Assembly (NCBI GenBank): GCA_045805065.1
Contig: JBJMMA010000106.1
Span: forward strand, 1 to 56,350
From: Bdellovibrionia bacterium
Lineage (GTDB): Bacteria > Bdellovibrionota > UBA1018
Direction of reading: 5' to 3'
DNA: 56,350 nucleotides
In this document: positions 35,378 to 45,454 of the stretch, in pieces
Position numbering within the stretch: the stretch's first letter is position 1
How the letters are laid out: every line of letters begins with the position of its first letter
Notes under the pieces: generated by a model
Seen by the model: only the letters and a program-made list of their open reading frames with translations
What the model was told of the DNA's origin: nothing
The model's database searches: none
Translations under genes and position numbers: made by a program

Positions 35378-37810
35378 ATGGCTTACTCACCTAAATCCAT
35401 CGAAGCAAAGTGGCAGAACTTCTGGGAAAAGAACCAGACTTTCAAGACCGAACAAAAGAGCACCAAGCCCAAGTACTATGTCCTGGATATGTTCCCGTAT
35501 CCAAGCAGCTCGGGCCTCCATGTCGGTCACCCTGAAGGCTACACGGCAACCGATATTCTGGCGCGCTACAAGCGGGCTCGTGGATTTAACGTTTTACACC
35601 CGATGGGTTGGGACGCCTTTGGTCTTCCTGCCGAGCAATACGCACTCAAGACGGGAATTCATCCTGCCATCACGACCAATGAAGCCATTGAGAACTTCCG
35701 CCGCCAGCTCAAGATGCTGGGCTTCAGCTACGACTGGACGCGCGAAGTCGCCACTTGCGATCCAAGCTATTACAAGTGGACGCAATTCATCTTTTTGAAA
35801 CTCCATGAGCGCGGCCTTGCGTACCAAAAGGAAGTGCCAGTCAACTGGTGCCCGGAGCTCAAGACCGTTCTTGCGAACGAAGAAGTCGTCGATGGAAAGT
35901 CCGAGCGCGGTGGCCATCCTGTGTACCGCGTTCCGATGAAGCAATGGATGCTCAAGATCACGGCCTACGCCGAGCGCCTCTTGAAAGATCTCGATGATCT
36001 CGATTGGCCAGAGAGCACCAAAGAGCTTCAACGCAATTGGATTGGTAAGAGCGAAGGCCTGCAAATCCATTTTGGAATCGATGGCTATCAAGACACTCTC
36101 GAAGTTTTCACCACGCGTCCTGACACGATTTTTGGCGTGACCTTTATGGTCATGGCGCCCGAGCATCCGCTCGTTGAGAAGTTCACGACTCCTGCGCAAA
36201 AAGCTGCGGTTCAAGCCTATCGCGAAGCTGCAGGCAAGAAGTCCGAGATTGCGCGCCAGGAAGAAACCAAAGAAAAAACCGGCGTTTTCACCGGCGCATT
36301 TGCCGTCAACCCGCTCAACGGTCAGAAGATCCAGATCTGGATCGCTGATTACGTCATGATGGGCTACGGCACGGGCGCCGTGATGGCCGTTCCTGGTCAC
36401 GATGAGCGCGACCATGAATTTGCGAAGCAATTCAACCTTCCGATCATTGAAGTTGTCGCTCCTGCCGATGGCTCAAAACCCGAGGGCTGTTTTGCTGGCG
36501 AAGGCGTTGCTATCAACTCTGGCTTCATCAACGGCAAGCCTACGAAAGAAGCAAAAGAAGCTCTCATTCAATGGGCTGAAAAAGAAGGCAAGGGCAAGCG
36601 CACGATTCAGTACAAGCTTCGTGATTGGCTCTTCTCGCGCCAACGTTATTGGGGAGAGCCATTCCCAATCATTCACCTGGAAGATGGCGCGCGCGAAGCA
36701 TTGCCACTGAACGAGCTTCCAGTCGTTCTTCCCAACGTGCAAAGCTATGAGCCATCGGGCACGGGCGAGAGCCCGCTTGCTGCGATCCAAGAGTGGCTCA
36801 TGACTCATGATCCAAAGACCGGAAAACCAGCTCGTCGCGAAACCGACACGATGCCTGGAAGCGCAGGCTCGTCCTGGTACTTCCTTCGTTACTGCGATCC
36901 GCATAACGATCAAGAACCTTTCAGCAGCGAAGCTGAAAAGTACTTTATGCCAGTCGACCTTTACTTGGGCGGACCAGAGCACGCGGTCGGTCATTTGCTC
37001 TATGCTCGTTTCTGGACCAAGGTTCTTTTCGATGCAGGTCTCACGACCCATCACGAGCCATTCAAAAAGCTCGTTCACCAGGGAATGATCTTGGGCGAAG
37101 ACGGCGAGAAGATGTCCAAGTCTCGCGGAAACGTCATCAACCCAGACCACGTCGTTGAAAAATACGGTGCCGACACCTTGCGCATGTACGAGATGTTCAT
37201 GGGACCACTCGATCGCGACAAGCCATGGTCGACGACCGCAATCGAAGGCGTCTATCGCTTTGCTCAACGCGCCTGGCGTGTGTTTGTCGATGACGACAAC
37301 GAGGCCGGAACGCGTAAGCATCTTTTCAGCGACGATGCGCCAACGGCTGAAGATCTCAAGATCACGCACAAGACGATTCAAAAGGTCACCGAAGATATTG
37401 AGAACCTGCGCTTCAATACGGCCATCAGCCAGATGATGATCTTTGTGAATCACTTCACAAAGCTTGAGAAGCGCCCCAAGGCGTGCCTCAAGCCTTTCGT
37501 CCAACTCTTGAACCCATTTTCTCCTCACCTGGCTGAAGAGCTTTGGGAAATGATTGGCGAGAAATCCTCGCTCACTTACGAGCCATGGCCTGCGTTTGAT
37601 CCAGCTCTTACCAAAGACGATGTGATCACGATCGCAATCCAAGTCATGGGCAAGACCCGTGGCACGATTGAGATCGCACCAGGTTCAGATCAAGCCTTGG
37701 TTGAAGAAGCCGCAAAGAAGATCCCAACTGTTGCAAACCAGCTTGAAGGGAAGCAGATCCGTAAGGTGATCTTTGTGAAGGATAAGATCCTGAACTTTGT
37801 TGCTGGCTAA
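35378..37810 (+). CDS. leuS: leucine--tRNA ligase
   Basis: N-terminus [26 protein letters not shown]-type [15 protein letters not shown] (EKMSKSRGN). Full-length bacterial LeuRS layout. Confidence 0.97.
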   Translation: MAYSPKSIEAKWQNFWEKNQTFKTEQKSTKPKYYVLDMFPYPSSSGLHVGHPEGYTATDILARYKRARGFNVLHPMGWDAFGLPAEQYALKTGIHPAITTNEAIENFRRQLKMLGFSYDWTREVATCDPSYYKWTQFIFLKLHERGLAYQKEVPVNWCPELKTVLANEEVVDGKSERGGHPVYRVPMKQWMLKITAYAERLLKDLDDLDWPESTKELQRNWIGKSEGLQIHFGIDGYQDTLEVFTTRPDTIFGVTFMVMAPEHPLVEKFTTPAQKAAVQAYREAAGKKSEIARQEETKEKTGVFTGAFAVNPLNGQKIQIWIADYVMMGYGTGAVMAVPGHDERDHEFAKQFNLPIIEVVAPADGSKPEGCFAGEGVAINSGFINGKPTKEAKEALIQWAEKEGKGKRTIQYKLRDWLFSRQRYWGEPFPIIHLEDGAREALPLNELPVVLPNVQSYEPSGTGESPLAAIQEWLMTHDPKTGKPARRETDTMPGSAGSSWYFLRYCDPHNDQEPFSSEAEKYFMPVDLYLGGPEHAVGHLLYARFWTKVLFDAGLTTHHEPFKKLVHQGMILGEDGEKMSKSRGNVINPDHVVEKYGADTLRMYEMFMGPLDRDKPWSTTAIEGVYRFAQRAWRVFVDDDNEAGTRKHLFSDDAPTAEDLKITHKTIQKVTEDIENLRFNTAISQMMIFVNHFTKLEKRPKACLKPFVQLLNPFSPHLAEELWEMIGEKSSLTYEPWPAFDPALTKDDVITIAIQVMGKTRGTIEIAPGSDQALVEEAAKKIPTVANQLEGKQIRKVIFVKDKILNFVAG

Positions 37811-37859
37811 TTAGCTGCGCTAATTTGGGCAGGCTAATCGGACGGGACAATGATCGAAG

Positions 37860-37896
37860 GCGACTCTTCACTGACTCAGTGGGGAGTCGCTTTTTT
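37860..37896 (+). terminator. rho-independent terminator of leuS
   Basis: GCGACTC ... GAGTCGC stem followed by TTTTTT (37891-37896). Confidence 0.65.
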
Positions 37897-37929
37897 CGTT
37901 TTGCTCGAGTTGGGCCGGCTTTCGTCAAC

Positions 37930-40860
37930 TCAGTTCTCCAACGTTGCTTTCAAGCTTTGAACTATGCAGCCTTCTGCGAGCTTTTGGCGGAGCTGTTGTT
38001 TTTCAGAGAGCTGCTTGTCAAATGCGAGGGGTTTTTCAAGATATTTGTCCATCACACGAAGCGCTTCCGTGCGGATTTCAGGGGCTTTTCCGCCAAGTTT
38101 CGCATAGTAAAAGGCTGCATCCTGCTTGGGCGCTTCGCCGACGGACGGATGGATAACCAATTTTCCTATGGCATCGATGATACGTTGATCCACCGGTGGA
38201 TTCAGATAGCGCACAACCTCGGTGTCAATCGAAAGTCGGCCACTTAGTAATTGCTCTTTCGAGAAGTGATCCAAACTCAGTGCTTTGAGGTAAAGCTGAA
38301 GACACCTTTCTGTCTGGCAATTCAGTTGTCCAAGAGTCCTGACATCGGTGATTCGGTCGGTTAATTCTGGGTTGGACCGTGCGGCAGCAACTACAATTTC
38401 AGTGAAGTTGTATCTGAAGCTCAGGTCGGCCTCTGCTCGGTCGATGATGTCTCTTACAATGGCAATGTCTTTTGGAGGATGCTTCTTAAAGTAAAGAGCC
38501 ACGGTCGATGCGGTATCGATCTCACGTAGGTTCTTGATTAAGTAATCAAAAACAAGTCGTTCCGAGTCCGGACGTATAGAGCCAGTTTGGGCAAAGAACT
38601 TGATCGCCGACATTTTATCGCCCGAGCGAAGCTCCTGGTAAACCAGTTGGTCGACTTCATCGGTAAGGGGTTGGCGGCTAAAGTAGTCCATTGCCCCTCT
38701 TTTTTCCCTTTCATCTCCTGTTTTTAGAGCGTGAAGCCTTTCCTCTCCCAGCCAGGGGATTCGGCTTTTGTGATCGATCTCCCAATCCAGCAATCGCCTG
38801 TTGGCTGAGTAACGTATTTCCGGGTTGCCAAGGTGTCGCAACAAAGGCCTGATCAGATCAGGGCTGATTCCTGCGGCGTGTTTCATTAAAATGTTGTGAA
38901 TGATAGGTGCATGACTCGATTGCCCAAATGTCGCCGGACCGTGCATTGAAAGAATTTTAGGCAAAAGTTTTTTATAAAGGGATTCAAAGTCCTTAGGAGG
39001 AATCTTAGAAAGATACTTGTCGAATAAAGTATCGAAATTTGAATTGAACGATGCCAGTGGGATTTGATCGAGTCGAAGAAACGCCTGAATCACATCTGCT
39101 GCAGAGTCTTTTGGAAGAAAGCTCATGGCTAATGGCAGGCCAGGCGGTACTTTTCCAGTCGGGGATTGGACGTTTTTGAGGATCTTCAGGGTTAGGGATT
39201 TTAGATTCTCAGCGGTTCTTTCGCTCATCTGGTCAAAGAGATTTGGGAAGATCTTTTTGAATGAGGCGAAAAACGTCATCGAAGGTTTTGACTTCTCAGA
39301 CTCGTTTTCTAGCATCTTAAGAAGTGTCTCACGTTCCTTGGCGCTCAGACTGTTTTGCCTATTGATCATCTTGCGCTCGAGTCGCTCACGGATCCCAAGG
39401 TCTGATTCGTCACCCATTTTTTCCGCAGCGACCATTTCCAGGTATTCCACTGGCCCGATACTCAGGCTTTCCGGAATCACTCGGATCGCAGCTTTATTTT
39501 TTATAACGACGAAATCCTCTGCCGCTTTTTCGAAGTCCACACCCTCGCGTGCGTTAGGGTCGAGATGAAAACGAATTGTGAGACCTGATCCGACAGCGCC
39601 CTTTGTTCCAATCCGTGTATAGAATCCGTCTCCATGTACGGCCAGTTCACCTGTCGCGCCTTGCCGAGAGGTGAGAACATTAGGATCGCCCGTATGAGCG
39701 CGCGTGATGCTCTCGTAAGCAAGGTAGTTATTTGTTTCATGCGCCACAATGTCTAGCCCAAGCTCATGAGCGGTTTTACCAGTTCCTTGGCCAACGGGCT
39801 TTGTTCGGAGTGGCTCTTTGTTCAGCCACCAGGCGAGCGAGTCTTGCTCGTTCGGGTTAGCCTTAATGGAAGAGAGCTTTTCTCTGAGCCCGAGCCTATC
39901 GAGCGTAGTGTGTGCGTACTCAATATTTACCGCGTTTTGGATGAGTTTTTTGCTATTCTTTTCGATCCATTTAGCGACGTAATCATTCTTAGCAATTTCC
40001 TTCGGATCGAACTCTCGAATGATCTTTTGGATTCGAGTGAGATCCTCAGGCTTGATCTTCAGCTCATACTGAAATGCCTTGGTAAGAAAACGGATCGCCG
40101 AAAGAATAGGAGGATTACGGCCTTCTTTAGCAAATTTGGTCGACTCATGAGACGGAGAGAAGTAGTAATGGAGCGTTCCGTCTTGAATATCCTTGAGGAA
40201 ATAAGGCTCATGGGATTTCCAGTCTCTCACGTCACGAACGACTGAGTCTCCATGGGTAGGCTTTGTAATTTCAATCAGCCCTGTGGAGTTTGAGTCCGTG
40301 TGCTGATTCATGAAATCAGGGTTGTTCAAGATCGCTTGCTTATCGCCCATGTCTTGCGTTAGGAGACGAACTTCCCAAGCAGTCTTACTGCCTTGAAGAT
40401 GTGGAAACTTCTCTTGGAGTGCAGCTTGAAGTTTCTTTGCTTGCTCTTCGTTTCCGTCAATGACGATGTCCAAGTCCTGAGTTGAGCGATAAATGTTCGT
40501 GTAATCGTAATCAAAACGATTGGGCTGAAACCTTGGGTCGCCTTTCTCGCGTTGCATGTCCCATTTCACATAATGGGCATAACCGGCTGCAGTCCCGCCA
40601 AAGAGATAGGCCTTTACGCCCAATCGCGCCGCTTCTTCACGAATGAACCCAAACTCACGGACACGCATCAAGCGCGAGCCGATCTCGGTACTGAGATCCT
40701 TTGTACTGAGAGTGACTGGGGCGCTCACTAATTGTGCATCTGCCGCAAGAACGGCACTGGATAGCGTGAAATTCGACGCTGTCAAAAGAGCGAGCGCAAG
40801 CATTAGGGGAGAACGCACCCAGCTCACTGCCCGAATTAGTGAAAAACAGCCCCTCTCCAT
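37930..40860 (-). CDS. large signal-peptide protein with an N-terminal CCA-adding/poly(A)-polymerase-like nucleotidyltransferase head
   Basis: Signal-like N-terminus ...LALALLTASNFTLSSAVLAADA. AYLFGGTAAGY ... STQDLDIVIDG (GG ... DxD NTase motif, nt about 40456-40610). PPILSAIRFLTKAFQYELKIKPEDL resembles the RF-motif neck of PolyA_pol-family enzymes. About 650 further residues are mostly helical. Confidence 0.55.
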   Translation of the reverse strand: MERGCFSLIRAVSWVRSPLMLALALLTASNFTLSSAVLAADAQLVSAPVTLSTKDLSTEIGSRLMRVREFGFIREEAARLGVKAYLFGGTAAGYAHYVKWDMQREKGDPRFQPNRFDYDYTNIYRSTQDLDIVIDGNEEQAKKLQAALQEKFPHLQGSKTAWEVRLLTQDMGDKQAILNNPDFMNQHTDSNSTGLIEITKPTHGDSVVRDVRDWKSHEPYFLKDIQDGTLHYYFSPSHESTKFAKEGRNPPILSAIRFLTKAFQYELKIKPEDLTRIQKIIREFDPKEIAKNDYVAKWIEKNSKKLIQNAVNIEYAHTTLDRLGLREKLSSIKANPNEQDSLAWWLNKEPLRTKPVGQGTGKTAHELGLDIVAHETNNYLAYESITRAHTGDPNVLTSRQGATGELAVHGDGFYTRIGTKGAVGSGLTIRFHLDPNAREGVDFEKAAEDFVVIKNKAAIRVIPESLSIGPVEYLEMVAAEKMGDESDLGIRERLERKMINRQNSLSAKERETLLKMLENESEKSKPSMTFFASFKKIFPNLFDQMSERTAENLKSLTLKILKNVQSPTGKVPPGLPLAMSFLPKDSAADVIQAFLRLDQIPLASFNSNFDTLFDKYLSKIPPKDFESLYKKLLPKILSMHGPATFGQSSHAPIIHNILMKHAAGISPDLIRPLLRHLGNPEIRYSANRRLLDWEIDHKSRIPWLGEERLHALKTGDEREKRGAMDYFSRQPLTDEVDQLVYQELRSGDKMSAIKFFAQTGSIRPDSERLVFDYLIKNLREIDTASTVALYFKKHPPKDIAIVRDIIDRAEADLSFRYNFTEIVVAAARSNPELTDRITDVRTLGQLNCQTERCLQLYLKALSLDHFSKEQLLSGRLSIDTEVVRYLNPPVDQRIIDAIGKLVIHPSVGEAPKQDAAFYYAKLGGKAPEIRTEALRVMDKYLEKPLAFDKQLSEKQQLRQKLAEGCIVQSLKATLEN

Positions 40861-40933
40861 CGCCTAGCTTTTCGGCAAACCCCGGACTAAACTTGAGAAG
40901 CTTAAGTAAATAAATAAATGTAAAAACAGTAAG

Positions 40934-41623
40934 TTACGTGGATTCGTAACGGAAGCTTCCCTCAATACAGAGGTATTGATCAAGCCCACCGGGTTTAGAG
41001 CGGAAGGTCTCCACTTTGCTTTCCACCAGGTGAGCCGAGTGAAGCGCGCTGAGGATCTCGGCCAGCGTATGAAGATAAAGCGTATCACTCAAAGTCGTTC
41101 CGTCACTGCGCTTGGTCACTCCATCAAGGCGAGAGCCTTCCTGACGAGTCTCTGTATAAGGCGCAGTCCAGAGCGAGTAGGCCGCAGGGTTTGCCGTAAT
41201 GATGAGAAATGAGCCGCCCTTCTTTAAAACGCGAGCAAGCTCAGAGGACGCTTTTCTAATATCGCTGAGCAAATGCCATACTGAGACCGAGAAAGCCGCA
41301 TCAAAGGAGCCGTCTGAAAACGGCATCTGATAGACGCTGCCCAGGACAAATCCTCTATCGGCCTGAGGGTAGAGTTCTTTTGCGCGATCAACGAGAAGAG
41401 AAGAAGGCTCAAGGCCCGTATAGTTTCTTTGAGAAAGATCGATGTGGGCCGAGCAGATTCCCTGGCCTGATCCGATATCAAGAACGTCTTTCGGCGCGAC
41501 TCGACTTAACCACTCGTTGAGTCTGGGATAGATATCGCTCTCACGAACGCGAGCCTTTTCGCTCTCAATCATTTGGATCCAGTCCAGCGCCACGTTTGGG
41601 TCGTTGAAGTTCTGGTCATCCAT
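40934..41623 (-). CDS. class I SAM-dependent methyltransferase
   Basis: Motif I VLDIGSGQGICS. Post-I/II FDAAFSVSVWHL. KKGGSFLI. Confidence 0.8.
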   Translation of the reverse strand: MDDQNFNDPNVALDWIQMIESEKARVRESDIYPRLNEWLSRVAPKDVLDIGSGQGICSAHIDLSQRNYTGLEPSSLLVDRAKELYPQADRGFVLGSVYQMPFSDGSFDAAFSVSVWHLLSDIRKASSELARVLKKGGSFLIITANPAAYSLWTAPYTETRQEGSRLDGVTKRSDGTTLSDTLYLHTLAEILSALHSAHLVESKVETFRSKPGGLDQYLCIEGSFRYEST

Positions 41624-41639
41624 ACGAAGTCTTCCGGGT

Positions 41640-42230
41640 TTAAAAGCCTAAAGCGGCGACGCTTGTTTTGAGACGCGCGGGAAGTGCTTCTCGGAATGAT
41701 GTCGCTTTAGAGCCAAGTGTTTGCGGATGGATCTCACCCAAGCGGATCGCATTCACCGCGCAAATCGTTCGAGCCTGATGGATCGTCTCTCCGCGCTTTG
41801 CGACTGAGCATTCCTTCAGGCGATCAAAAAGAGCCGCAGCAAAAACAGGAGATTGAGAAGCCTTCTCCATCAGCTCTGCCATACGAACTGAGAACTCACG
41901 AAGCACCGGAGGAAGACCTGCGCCTTCTTGCTTTTCGCGCTCCAGCACCTGAATGCGATAGGTTTCGCGATCAGGCATCTTAAACTCAAGCTCGGCGCCA
42001 CTGATTCCAGCGCTCATGTCTGTCGGATTAGAATTTGCGGAAGTAGCGTTTATTGGAGTGCTAGACGCAGATGCTGGTGCAGAAGGAGCGCTTGGCGCAA
42101 CGGATTCTGCAGAAGTTTTTTCAAGCGTACGTGTCTTTCGATGCGATTGCCAGCTTGTGAGCCCAACCCAGAGGATGGCTCCAGCTAGGAAGAAGATGAG
42201 AGCGGCTTGATTCTTTCGCATTCTCATCAT
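41640..42230 (-). CDS. membrane-anchored hypothetical protein
   Basis: A single N-terminal TM helix, a Ser/Ala/Pro-rich linker, then a helical domain. Confidence 0.45.
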   Translation of the reverse strand: MMRMRKNQAALIFFLAGAILWVGLTSWQSHRKTRTLEKTSAESVAPSAPSAPASASSTPINATSANSNPTDMSAGISGAELEFKMPDRETYRIQVLEREKQEGAGLPPVLREFSVRMAELMEKASQSPVFAAALFDRLKECSVAKRGETIHQARTICAVNAIRLGEIHPQTLGSKATSFREALPARLKTSVAALGF

Positions 42231-42236
42231 CTCTGA

Positions 42237-43175
42237 TTAAAAGTGCACTTTCTTTGCATCGACGCTGCCCATCTCAGGTGGCGGAGGCGATTGCGTATTC
42301 AGATAGGCACGGACATTAGGAGCCAGGCGTGAGTAATCTTCCGTAGCGCTTGCGAGCGCCTCCTGCTTTTGCTTCTCCGTGCAGTTGGTGCAAGCTCTGA
42401 GCACGTTTCTTGAGAAAACAAATCCGACCGAATAAGCGCCCCAAGGCACGACGTCGCAGGCAAGCTCTCCTGCCAGCGGATGACCCTTTGGACAAGGGTA
42501 GTGCATATAGGTGCAGGAGAGTCCACCGATCGAGACGTGTCCGTAATCGCCGCGATCAATCATCTCAAGATCGCCAAAGGAAGGGATGCGCGCGCAATCC
42601 GAGTGCCGCGCTTCATGAACCCACGTATCGAGGCGATCCATCTGAGTCGTCTTTGGATCAACGTACGCCCCACCCATTCCGATAAAGCCCACGCGAGGGC
42701 TTGTGATCACGACTTGCGTATGATCAAAGTCGACGACTTGCGGGATCGCTTTGCGATTTCCTAAAACAGTTGCCTGAAAGTAGAAGGGCAGCGAGTAAGG
42801 TGAAAAGTTTTCGGCATAGGTCGTTGGATCCATCTGCGATTGATCGGGCATGACCGAAACAACGCCGACGTAGTGCACGCGCTCGAGCAGATAGCGGATG
42901 ATGTCTTGCGCGGTCGTGCCATGAAAAAGCAATTTGAAGTGGTTGTCCACTTTTGGACCAAACTGAAGCGCGCTCAGAGTGTTCAGATCCGATGTGATCA
43001 GAGCCTGCACGCCGGGCGGAAGCCTCACCGTATCGTATCGAATCGCCGGGGCGGATTGAGGAGGAGGCGGAGTGTTCTCCACTCCAATCGTCACGCCCAA
43101 TGCTAAAGGCGATATGCTCGCCATCGTCCCGAGAATCCCCAGGAGTGCGATTAAACTCCGATACTGCTTCGTCAT
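42237..43175 (-). CDS. secreted Cys-rich putative zinc metallopeptidase (HExxH)
   Basis: Signal peptide MTKQYRSLIALLGILGTMASISPLALG. HEARH motif in WVHEARHSDC. 9 Cys in the C-terminal half. Confidence 0.45.
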   Translation of the reverse strand: MTKQYRSLIALLGILGTMASISPLALGVTIGVENTPPPPQSAPAIRYDTVRLPPGVQALITSDLNTLSALQFGPKVDNHFKLLFHGTTAQDIIRYLLERVHYVGVVSVMPDQSQMDPTTYAENFSPYSLPFYFQATVLGNRKAIPQVVDFDHTQVVITSPRVGFIGMGGAYVDPKTTQMDRLDTWVHEARHSDCARIPSFGDLEMIDRGDYGHVSIGGLSCTYMHYPCPKGHPLAGELACDVVPWGAYSVGFVFSRNVLRACTNCTEKQKQEALASATEDYSRLAPNVRAYLNTQSPPPPEMGSVDAKKVHF

Positions 43176-43257
43176 ACGTGCCGGACGTATTACGACAGAT
43201 GCAGCTATTCAGCCAATGTATTCTTCAATAGTTATTATGCAGCTGTGGCCGCTGCCA

Positions 43258-43707
43258 TTAGGCAGCTGTTGCTAAGAATGCGGCCTTCAAATAGTTGCAG
43301 TACTCACGCACAGCCTCACGCTCGGACTCGGAATTGAAAATAAAGGTGAGATGAACGCGGTAGTTGAAACTGCGAACCGACATAATCCCTGGATTCACAG
43401 GGATTTCGGTGCAGGCAACGACTTTGCCTTTGATGAAGAAATTTCTGAGACTTGGAATATTGAGGGTCAATTCCTGATGGCCTCCGAAAGGGGAGTCCGC
43501 GAAAAGGTGGATTCCATCCGGGGTAAGCTCATTGAGAACGACCATGGCCTGGAAAATCGTCTTGGGACGACCCACGCCCTCGTCCAAAACCAACTCGGCC
43601 GGAGTCTTTTTCAGGTGCGCGAACGGGTTATTTTCCAGCTGGATTTCAGGCAGCTGCCGTTTAAGTGATCTTTTAGGCTTTTTCCGACCGTAAGGGTTCC
43701 GTCTCAT
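43258..43707 (-). CDS. hypothetical protein with a basic N-terminus (possible degenerate PilZ-like)
   Basis: RSLKR (RxxxR) near the N-terminus, but no clean D/NxSxxG motif (closest is ADSPFG). Confidence 0.35.
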   Translation of the reverse strand: MRRNPYGRKKPKRSLKRQLPEIQLENNPFAHLKKTPAELVLDEGVGRPKTIFQAMVVLNELTPDGIHLFADSPFGGHQELTLNIPSLRNFFIKGKVVACTEIPVNPGIMSVRSFNYRVHLTFIFNSESEREAVREYCNYLKAAFLATAA

Positions 43708-43852
43708 ACCTAGCTCGTATCGGCTAACTTGCCCAAAACGTTAAATTTGACACGTTGCGTTGCGCCTTGAATCCTGTTACAAGGTGGGGTATCCCAAAGC
43801 AACCGTACACATAAGCCAATTTTTGCCAAAGTTTTCTAGAAAGGCTCCGTCC

Positions 43853-44803
43853 ATGCGCATGAGAGAATGGGTTGTCCTCAGCGGTAACGCCAACCGGCCC
43901 CTGGCTCAAAAGATCTGCGATAAGTTAGGGAAAACATTGGGACATGCGGAAGCCAGACGCTTCAGCGACGGCGAAGTTTTTGTCGAAATCGGCGAAAACG
44001 TCCGCGGCCGCGATGTCTATGTGATCCAGTCGACCTGCCGGCCTGCTAACGACACCTTGATGGAATTGCTCATTATGATCGATGCCTTAAAGAGAGCATC
44101 GGCCAAGGAAATCACGGCAGTCATGCCTTACTACGGATATGCCCGCCAGGATCGTAAAGTGGCGCCTCGTACCCCGATCAGCGCAAAACTGGTTGCGGAC
44201 CTTCTCACTTCCGCTGGTGCAACCCGCGTGGTCTCGATGGACCTTCACGCAGGCCAGATCCAAGGCTTCTTTGATATCCCATTTGATAACCTCTTCTCCT
44301 CGCCCGTCCTCATTGATTACCTCAAGAAGGAACTCATGCATGACGGCGAAGTCGTTCTCGTCAGCCCGGACGCAGGGGGCGTTGAGCGCGTTCGCGCTTA
44401 CGCTAAGCGCTTGAATGCTTCTGTTGCCATGATCGATAAGCGCCGGACCGGTCCAAACGTTGCCAAGGCCATGAACGTGATCGGTGATGTGAGTGGCAAG
44501 ACCGCAATCATTGTCGACGACATGATTGATACGGCAGGAACTCTGACTGAAGCTGCGGGCGCGGTTCTCGCTCATGGCGCAACGAAAGTTTACGCCTGCG
44601 CAACTCACGGCGTTCTCTCGGGTCCAGCCATCAGCCGCATCATGGATTCGCCGATTCAGCGCGTGATCGTAACCGATACGATTCCACTGTCGCCAGAGGC
44701 CGAAGCTTGCGGAAAGATCGTTCAGCTCTCCGTGGCTGACATCCTGGCCGAAGCCATTTACCGCATTCACAACTACGACAGCGTGAGCAGCCTTTTCATC
44801 TAA
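43853..44803 (+). CDS. prs: ribose-phosphate pyrophosphokinase
   Basis: [30 protein letters not shown] and [10 protein letters not shown]. Start at ATG 43853. Confidence 0.95.
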   Translation: MRMREWVVLSGNANRPLAQKICDKLGKTLGHAEARRFSDGEVFVEIGENVRGRDVYVIQSTCRPANDTLMELLIMIDALKRASAKEITAVMPYYGYARQDRKVAPRTPISAKLVADLLTSAGATRVVSMDLHAGQIQGFFDIPFDNLFSSPVLIDYLKKELMHDGEVVLVSPDAGGVERVRAYAKRLNASVAMIDKRRTGPNVAKAMNVIGDVSGKTAIIVDDMIDTAGTLTEAAGAVLAHGATKVYACATHGVLSGPAISRIMDSPIQRVIVTDTIPLSPEAEACGKIVQLSVADILAEAIYRIHNYDSVSSLFI

Positions 44804-44837
44804 TGACCAAGCAAGCCGGAGGCGCGCTGAGAATATA

Positions 44838-45452
44838 ATGAAGATCATTGCCGGCCTGGGCAATCCGGGACCGAAATACGAAACCACCCGGCACAACGCA
44901 GGCTTTCTTGCGATTGATCGTCTTGTCGATGATTGGAGAGCCACGGGTCCTGCTTACAGCTACCAGGGCCAGGTCTGGCAGGCGAGCGTGGGGGGCGAGA
45001 AAGTCATTCTCGTTAAGCCTGAAACTTACATGAACTCCTCAGGCGAGTGCATCGGCCCCCTGATGAAGTTCTATAAATGCCAGCCGCAAGACCTCATCGT
45101 CATTTACGATGAGCTGGATCTTAAGCCCATGCAAATGCGGATGAAATGCGGCGGAGGCGCTGGCGGCCATAACGGCATCAAGTCCATCGACCAGCATTTG
45201 GGGTTTTTAGGCCCTAAGGCGCTTGAGTACTACCGCGTGCGCCTGGGAATTGGGCACCCAAACAAGGGCGTTCACGTTTCTGCGCAAAGCAATTACGCAA
45301 GAACTGTGGTAGATTACGTGCTTCAGAACTTTACAGACCAGGAGCTTCAGGAATTAGATCCGCTGCTCGATGATGTGAAAAAAGCGGTCGAGCTGATCCT
45401 TGCAGGTCAGGCCACGCGCGCGATGAATACTTATAATCAGGAGAGGAAATAA
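44838..45452 (+). CDS. pth: peptidyl-tRNA hydrolase
   Basis: MKIIAGLGNPGPKYETTRHNAGF and GGHNGIKSI. Confidence 0.95.
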   Translation: MKIIAGLGNPGPKYETTRHNAGFLAIDRLVDDWRATGPAYSYQGQVWQASVGGEKVILVKPETYMNSSGECIGPLMKFYKCQPQDLIVIYDELDLKPMQMRMKCGGGAGGHNGIKSIDQHLGFLGPKALEYYRVRLGIGHPNKGVHVSAQSNYARTVVDYVLQNFTDQELQELDPLLDDVKKAVELILAGQATRAMNTYNQERK

Positions 45453-45454
45453 CA

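Noticed and set aside
35594-37642. Long antisense ORFs inside leuS (35594-36430, 278 aa; 36473-37642, 389 aa).
   Set aside because: The sense strand encodes an unmistakable full-length LeuRS. The antisense translations are Arg/Leu-rich and motif-free, as expected for stop-poor antisense frames at this GC content.
44804-44837. Absence of rplY (L25/Ctc) between prs and pth, where many bacteria have it.
   Set aside because: The gap is only 34 nt, with no remnant. Gene-order variation of this kind is common and cannot be evaluated without the rest of the genome.
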